From Elusimicrobiota bacterium (lineage in GTDB: Bacteria; Elusimicrobiota; Elusimicrobia; UBA1565; UBA9628), in contig DAHVNA010000002.1 of NCBI GenBank assembly GCA_027319565.1, positions 32,001-96,000 of the forward strand: a stretch of DNA of 64,000 nucleotides, given 5' to 3'. Within the stretch, counting starts at the first letter, position 1; each line of letters opens with the position of its first letter. A program made the position numbers and the translations under genes. A model generated the notes under the pieces. The model did no database searches and was not told the DNA's origin. It saw only the letters and a program-made list of their open reading frames with translations. Positions 59,117 through 64,000 of this stretch are shown piece by piece.

Positions 59117-59820
59117 GGATTCATTCTAACAAGTTTTATCCATCTCAAAATCAGGCGAAGATGAGAAAGGATTTCGCGAGGCAAATCTAATTTTGATTTT
59201 CCGCATTGCCGATTGGTCAATTTCGCCGGGGTTTCTGAAATCTTAAATCCGTGAATCCAAAAAAGAGCCGCGATTTCGGCATTAACTTCAAAGCCTCCGC
59301 TTTGAATGGAAAGGCTCTTGAGGCAAGAACTTCGGTATAAGCGAAAAATAGACGTAAAAGAAGAGAGGGGAATTCCCCAAGCCACGCGGTAGAAAAGATT
59401 GGCGAGACGGCTTAAAGCTCGCCGCCAAAATAAAACATCAGACCCGGCTTGAGAGTCCAGCCATGGCGAGCCTGAAACCATATCGGATAAATTCCACCTT
59501 TGATTTTCTATTAATTGAAGAATTTGCCTGGGAGAAAAGGTTAAATCCGCGTCTAAAACCAAAATCCATTCCCCCGCAGATTGGGCAAAGCCGCTTTTAA
59601 GCGCTTCCCCTAAACCTCGGTTTTCCCGATGAATGACTAGTTTGATTTCTCGAGAGCTTTCAAACCGCTTTAATATTTCTTGACTTCCATCATCAGAACC
59701 GTCATCAATGACAATAAGTTCAAACTCTTCGCCAAGCGATTTTAGAATCGGGAAAAGAGATTCCGGAAATCGTTCAATATTTTCTCGCTCATTAAAACAT
59801 GGGATGATAATTGAAATCAC
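59113..59820 (-). CDS. GT2 glycosyltransferase (DPM1-like)
   Basis: IIPCFNE, DDGSDDGS, DAD, GFEVNAE. Confidence 0.88.
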   Translation of the reverse strand: MISIIIPCFNERENIERFPESLFPILKSLGEEFELIVIDDGSDDGSQEILKRFESSREIKLVIHRENRGLGEALKSGFAQSAGEWILVLDADLTFSPRQILQLIENQRWNLSDMVSGSPWLDSQAGSDVLFWRRALSRLANLFYRVAWGIPLSSFTSIFRLYRSSCLKSLSIQSGGFEVNAEIAALFWIHGFKISETPAKLTNRQCGKSKLDLPREILSHLRLILRWIKLVRMNP

Positions 59821-59823
59821 GAT

Positions 59824-60591
59824 TTAATTTTGAAAAGGCTTCGGTCGAAATTGAATCGGCCCTTGGGAATAATCGCCTCTTGAGAGCCACTTTTCAATCA
59901 GGCAATAAAGAACGATAAACAAATACCGCGATCCCATTTCTTTAATCTTAAGTTTGGATAAGCCTTTTTTTCGATTGCGCCATTGATTAGGGAGAACCGT
60001 CCATGTATAACCCCGAATGATCGCTTTAAGCGGAAGCTCCACCGTCAAATTAAAGTGGCTGCTTAAATAGGGCTTGACGCCCTCCAACACCCGGCAATGA
60101 TAAAGTTTAAAGGCGTTCGTCGTGTCGTTATAATCAATTCCAAACAAAAGCCGGATAAACCCATTGGCCAGGCGATTGAGAATGAGCTTAAAAACAGGGT
60201 ATTCAACTGTTCCTCCGCCGGCGATAAAACGAGATCCAAAGACGCAATCAACCCCGCTTGATTCCATCGCTCTAAAGAAAGCGACCAAATCCTCGGGCGA
60301 ATCAGAACCGTCCGCCATGAAAATCGCCACTGCGTCGCCCTGAAAGTGTTCAAACCCGGTTCGAATTGCCAATCCAAATCCGTGCGGGAAAGGACTCTCA
60401 AGGGGGCGCAACCCGGGGATTGCCAAAGATAGGCGTTTTAACGTTTCCGTAGTCTCATCCAAGGAATGATCATCTACGACTAAAATTTCATGTTCGATAT
60501 TTTCCGAATTCAGCTTCCCGGATAAACTTTGAAGGGTTGATTCCAAATTTAAAGCTTCGTTGCGCGCCGGAATAATGACGGAGAGTTTCAT
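59824..60591 (-). CDS. GT2 glycosyltransferase (DPM1-like)
   Basis: VIIPARNE, VDDHS.D, MADGSD, GSRF, DTTNAFK. Confidence 0.88.
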   Translation of the reverse strand: MKLSVIIPARNEALNLESTLQSLSGKLNSENIEHEILVVDDHSLDETTETLKRLSLAIPGLRPLESPFPHGFGLAIRTGFEHFQGDAVAIFMADGSDSPEDLVAFFRAMESSGVDCVFGSRFIAGGGTVEYPVFKLILNRLANGFIRLLFGIDYNDTTNAFKLYHCRVLEGVKPYLSSHFNLTVELPLKAIIRGYTWTVLPNQWRNRKKGLSKLKIKEMGSRYLFIVLYCLIEKWLSRGDYSQGPIQFRPKPFQN

Positions 60592-60623
60592 TTCGAAGAA
60601 TCGATAACGTTGATAACAATTAA

Positions 60624-60651
60624 AAGAGGCCCCATTGAACTGGGGCCTCTT
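60624..60651 (-). terminator. intrinsic terminator
   Basis: AAGAGGCCCCA-N6-TGGGGCCTCTT stem with T-run on the minus strand, just after the 60672 stop. Confidence 0.75.
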
Positions 60652-60671
60652 AAGTTTAGTAAAAAATTTAA

Positions 60672-61145
60672 CTAGGCTTTTGGCTCAAAGTGTCCGGGAA
60701 CCAAGACCCGGGCGGGAAAACCCAAGATTTTTCCCTTTCTGCGGGACAATCCGTAGTCTAAATCGCGAACCAAGGGGTGGGTGATCGGAAGGGCGCGGGA
60801 AACATTGAGCATCAAAATCTCAACCTGGGCATCCATCTTATAGGGACCGCTGTGAGGCGTTCCCACCTTGACGTTGACCGGAATACCGTATTTTTGGGAA
60901 ATCGCCGCTAGGCAAGGGGCCATCGTCTTCTGGGCCTGGGTCAGGCTCAGCGGGGCGAAAAACCGGGCGTCCACAATCTGGCACTGGGAAATTTGAAAGG
61001 GGTCGACCGGTTTCATGAAGTAAATCCCCCGCTCGACTCCAATGGCAAACTCTGATGCCGCTTCTCCGGGCAGAACCGACACTTGGGCGAAAACTTGGGG
61101 AGTCAAGATAAACAGGCTGGAAACCAAGAGCAACATTTTTTTCAT
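60672..61145 (-). CDS. hypothetical exported protein
   Basis: Strong SD AAGGAGG; signal peptide MKKMLLL...VFA|Q. Confidence 0.75.
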   Translation of the reverse strand: MKKMLLLVSSLFILTPQVFAQVSVLPGEAASEFAIGVERGIYFMKPVDPFQISQCQIVDARFFAPLSLTQAQKTMAPCLAAISQKYGIPVNVKVGTPHSGPYKMDAQVEILMLNVSRALPITHPLVRDLDYGLSRRKGKILGFPARVLVPGHFEPKA

Positions 61146-61226
61146 ATCATCCTCCTTTACTACTGAACCTAATTTTATGATAGCGCTTGCCGGCCAAAAC
61201 CCCAATGACTGAACTCAACAAGTCCT

Positions 61227-61242
61227 ATTGATTTAAATCAAT
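61227..61242. promoter_or_regulatory. FNR/Crp-family operator (TTGAT-N4-ATCAA)
   Basis: Perfect 16-bp palindrome ATTGATTTAAATCAAT between divergent genes. Confidence 0.6.
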
Positions 61243-61284
61243 CTCCCCGCGGCTATTTATGTAATATAAGAATTGGAAGGCGCC

Positions 61285-61911
61285 ATGAAAAAAACTGTTT
61301 TCCCCGCGATGGGCCTGTTTTTCTTTGCCTCCTGCGGGCTCATCCATTCTCCCCACAATCCCCAAAATAGCGAAGAAAACAACCTTCCCAAAATTTCAGA
61401 AAAAAATTTTTATAAAGGGCGCTATCCTCTCTCATCAAAAGCGGTCATCACCTATCCCCCGCTGATTCGCCAAAAGTCTCCCAACCTCTGCGGTCTTGCC
61501 GCCGCGCAAATGATCGCCTCTTACTACGGTCAAAATTTAAATCAAGAAGATTTAGACGCCGTAGAGAAAACGGCGCAAAAAATGGGCGGAGCCTCGGGGC
61601 AAGAACTGAAAAATCTCTTTCAAAATTCAGGGTTTAAGGTCTCTCTTTTTCCAGGTTCTTTAAAATCCGGGCCGCGCGGTATTTTTTCTGAAATTGACCG
61701 CGGTCGCCCCTTAATCGTCATGCTTAAGAAAGGTTTAGAAGGCCATTACATGGTGCTCGACGGCTATGACCCGGAAAAGAATCTCATAATCTTAAACGAT
61801 CCCCGGAATGGACCTATCGCTCTACCCATTAAAAATTTTAAAATGGGATGGGAATTGGCCGGAAAGTTCACCCTTCTTGCCTTCCCCGCTGAAAACGCGC
61901 CAAATCCATGA
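61285..61911 (+). CDS. lipoprotein C39-like cysteine peptidase (stand-alone)
   Basis: Lipobox FASC; Q..NLCG.AA, GRPLIV, GHYMVL.GYD, NDP. Confidence 0.85.
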   Translation: MKKTVFPAMGLFFFASCGLIHSPHNPQNSEENNLPKISEKNFYKGRYPLSSKAVITYPPLIRQKSPNLCGLAAAQMIASYYGQNLNQEDLDAVEKTAQKMGGASGQELKNLFQNSGFKVSLFPGSLKSGPRGIFSEIDRGRPLIVMLKKGLEGHYMVLDGYDPEKNLIILNDPRNGPIALPIKNFKMGWELAGKFTLLAFPAENAPNP

Positions 61912-62411
61912 TTAAGAAAATTTTTTTGCTTTCCTTAGGCGCGAATCTTCTTTGGTCTTATTTTCCCGCGCCCCTTTATCCCGAGGATTTATTGGGAGAC
62001 AAAATCGCGGAGATATCCGCGCAAGAACACAGGTTCTGTCCGGCCACTCCCGATGATTCATCTCTGTTAAAAGAGCGCGGGGGCGGCTGTTTCGCCGATT
62101 GTTTCTTAAACCCTTTTGGAAGCGATGAATGCGACGCCTGCCGCACTTCGGCCTCAGACCCGATGCCGGAATGGACGACCAAGGAAAAAATTCTCTGGTC
62201 GATTGGAAGTCTTTTACTGGCCGGAGCCGTCATCTGGCTTTCGTCAAAACTCAATCAAGGTTCTAATTGCGCTTCCGCGGCCTGTTCCGGAGCTTATTAT
62301 GGCAACGACCCCTATAACTATTACTCTGATCCTTACTATGGAGGAGGAGGTTATCCCTACTCCGCTTCCGCGCTCAAATTTCGCCCGGTAAAATTCAATA
62401 GAGGTAAATAA
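61908..62411 (+). CDS. exported Cys-rich membrane protein with Gly-Gly motif and Tyr/Gly-rich tail
   Basis: Signal-like N-terminus, DDSSLLKERGG|G, CxxxC..CxxC, TM, YYGNDPYNYYSDPYYGGGGYPY; ATGA-coupled to the peptidase. Confidence 0.65.
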   Translation: MIKKIFLLSLGANLLWSYFPAPLYPEDLLGDKIAEISAQEHRFCPATPDDSSLLKERGGGCFADCFLNPFGSDECDACRTSASDPMPEWTTKEKILWSIGSLLLAGAVIWLSSKLNQGSNCASAACSGAYYGNDPYNYYSDPYYGGGGYPYSASALKFRPVKFNRGK

Positions 62412-62412
62412 A

Positions 62413-62796
62413 ATGAAAAATCTCAAAAAAAACACATCTTGGAAATTAGTCTCCTTAAGCGCGCTTCTTATTTTCCTATCCGGATGCACATCGATGGGAA
62501 CCTTGGGAATCGTCTCTAAAAGCGAGGCAGATCCGGCTTCAATCTTAAAATCAGGCCGCCCGTTTAAGGCCATGGGACCGGCTTCGGGAAGCGCATGCAA
62601 GTATATTTTGCTTTCCATCGTCCCTTGGGGAGATTCCGATCTTGAATCGGCGGTTCGAAGGGCTCTCAAGAAATCGAATGGAGACGCTTTAATCAATGTC
62701 TCCGTCGCCAATAGTCTCTATAGCTTTCTTCCTATCTATAATATAGTCAGCGTTTCCTGCACCGCGGTCAAGGGAATCGCCATTAAATATCAATAA
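62413..62796 (+). CDS. TRL-like family lipoprotein
   Basis: Lipobox LSGC; GSAC..ILL....GD..L..A, C..V.G pattern. Confidence 0.65.
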   Translation: MKNLKKNTSWKLVSLSALLIFLSGCTSMGTLGIVSKSEADPASILKSGRPFKAMGPASGSACKYILLSIVPWGDSDLESAVRRALKKSNGDALINVSVANSLYSFLPIYNIVSVSCTAVKGIAIKYQ

Positions 62797-62816
62797 GTAA
62801 GAAATAAGGAAAAACT

Positions 62817-63638
62817 ATGTTGAAAAAAATATCTGTTGTCTTAATATCCTTGCCTGTTTTTTTGTCCGCCTGCGTTCCTTATCCCGGAATGCAATCGGCG
62901 GTGTATCATCCGCAGGCCTTGGCCCGAAGTTCATTCGCCCCCCTCAAAGGCGCCGCCAACGCCCAGACCCAGCACTTCTTTGTCGAGGCCATGGGGCAAA
63001 GCGCGGCGACTCAATACGCCAATGCCGCTGAAAACCTCTACAACCGTCTCATGATTGACGCCGGAATCATGAATTATCAGCCTTCAAGCCCTTTAAAAAT
63101 CATCTTCTATCCGAATCAAAGCGAATTTGATAAAAAGACGGGGCAGCCTTCCGGCTCTCGAGGCGTCATTTACCGAGGGGCTCTTTACACCTATATCAGC
63201 CCGACGCTCGACAACAGGCTTTCTTATGAAATTACCCAGTTGGTCTTGACTAATTATATCCACCGCCCCAACCCCGATTGGATCTGGGTCAAAAACGGTT
63301 TAGCCGCATATGAAGAAATGAAAACCATGCAATTGGCCGGAAACCAGCAAGATCTTTTCGCCTTGGTAAGAAGCCAGATGCGCCAGAGCCCTTATCCAAT
63401 GTCTCAACTCACTACCATGGCTCCGCCGGATGACGAGTCAGTGTCCTCAAGCGCTTGGGACTGCGAGTCTGAATCCATGGTTAATTTCATGATTTCCCAA
63501 GCCGGAAACTCGCAATTTGGGCAATTCCTAGCCAATCTCCAAGGCAATGAAGATGTAAGCTCCGCAATCGGACAAGCCTTTAACGGAAAATGGACGGGGC
63601 TTAATTCTTTCTACCAAGCTTGGCAGCAGCGTGGATAG
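62817..63638 (+). CDS. lipoprotein with degenerate zincin (peptidase MA-like) domain
   Basis: Lipobox LSAC; YEITQ in place of HExxH; WVKNGLAAY in place of WxxEGLA. Confidence 0.6.
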   Translation: MLKKISVVLISLPVFLSACVPYPGMQSAVYHPQALARSSFAPLKGAANAQTQHFFVEAMGQSAATQYANAAENLYNRLMIDAGIMNYQPSSPLKIIFYPNQSEFDKKTGQPSGSRGVIYRGALYTYISPTLDNRLSYEITQLVLTNYIHRPNPDWIWVKNGLAAYEEMKTMQLAGNQQDLFALVRSQMRQSPYPMSQLTTMAPPDDESVSSSAWDCESESMVNFMISQAGNSQFGQFLANLQGNEDVSSAIGQAFNGKWTGLNSFYQAWQQRG

Positions 63639-64000
63639 CGAAGTTTCGCTTTCACAATCAGCGCCGGCTAAAGCAAAGCCGGAAAACCTCGCTTTCTCCG
63701 CCTCGGAATTTTTATCGACCCTGGAAGGAGAGCTCAATTCCGCAAAATTCCTGGCCAAAAACTTTTCCATCGCCTGTATTTTATCTCTGATTCTGCTGCT
63801 GGGAAAAAATGTCAATCTCTCTTTATACACCCAATTGCTTCTCTGTTTTTTGCTCATCGTCATTGGAGGTCGGCATTTTATCCGGGGTTTAAAAAAAGAA
63901 ATTCGGGCTCGCAAAGGGGGGCTCAACACCTTGGTTTCCCTCAGCCTTTGGTCCGCTTTTTGTCTCGGGGCCTACGCCGTCTTTGCGCCGGAGACTCTCC
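63631..64000 (+). CDS. probable heavy-metal P1B-type ATPase, N-terminal part (runs off window)
   Basis: Hand translation from GTG 63631 is open to the window end; GGRHFIRGLKKEIRARKGGLNTLVSL parallels CopA GKPFFIRAFESLKNKSPNMFTLIAM. Confidence 0.55.
   Translation, partial: MDSEVSLSQSAPAKAKPENLAFSASEFLSTLEGELNSAKFLAKNFSIACILSLILLLGKNVNLSLYTQLLLCFLLIVIGGRHFIRGLKKEIRARKGGLNTLVSLSLWSAFCLGAYAVFAPETL

Noticed and set aside
1..64000. CRISPR array, prophage, IS element or integron attC sites
   Set aside because: No regularly spaced repeats, phage genes, transposases or attC-like structures were seen by eye

Overview
A 64-kb, gene-dense, mostly housekeeping segment of a diderm bacterial chromosome. 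My impression of the lineage (possibly Elusimicrobiota-like) cannot be verified from the sequence alone. Left part: guaB3-guaA-purC-purS-purL-purQ-purF-purD operon; SPFH, DMT and AddA-like helicase-nuclease; secG-tRNA-Leu(GAG); rimP-nusA-[foreign insert]-infB-rbfA-truB-riboflavin kinase. Middle: ftsX-like/envC/ctpA/tsaD; cell-wall recycling and glycosyltransferase genes; queD/pteridine reductase/tlyA; a divergent FolD-family gene; a small decayed islet; copA; nagZ; bioY; cspA; coaD. Right part: HD-GYP-rsmI-tsaC-glyA-mtnP-cdd; accB-like/accC; a CHASE2 kinase-PP2C-FHA module; an orphan hicA; two GT2 genes; and an exported-protein operon led by a C39 peptidase. I found no CRISPR array, integrase or transposase. 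The strongest leads are: (1) a lipoprotein C39 peptidase coupled to a secreted, Gly-Gly-leader, Cys-rich membrane-anchored candidate substrate, downstream of a perfect FNR-type palindrome; (2) an AccB-like protein lacking the AMKM biotinylation motif, like plant BADC proteins, directly upstream of accC; (3) a yeast-Mtd1-like FolD paralogue; (4) pervasive leaderless -10 promoters; (5) an FtsX lacking its FtsE-coupling motif with no adjacent ftsE; (6) a hicA that has lost both its antitoxin and its catalytic His. All family assignments come from motif recognition by eye, not database searches.
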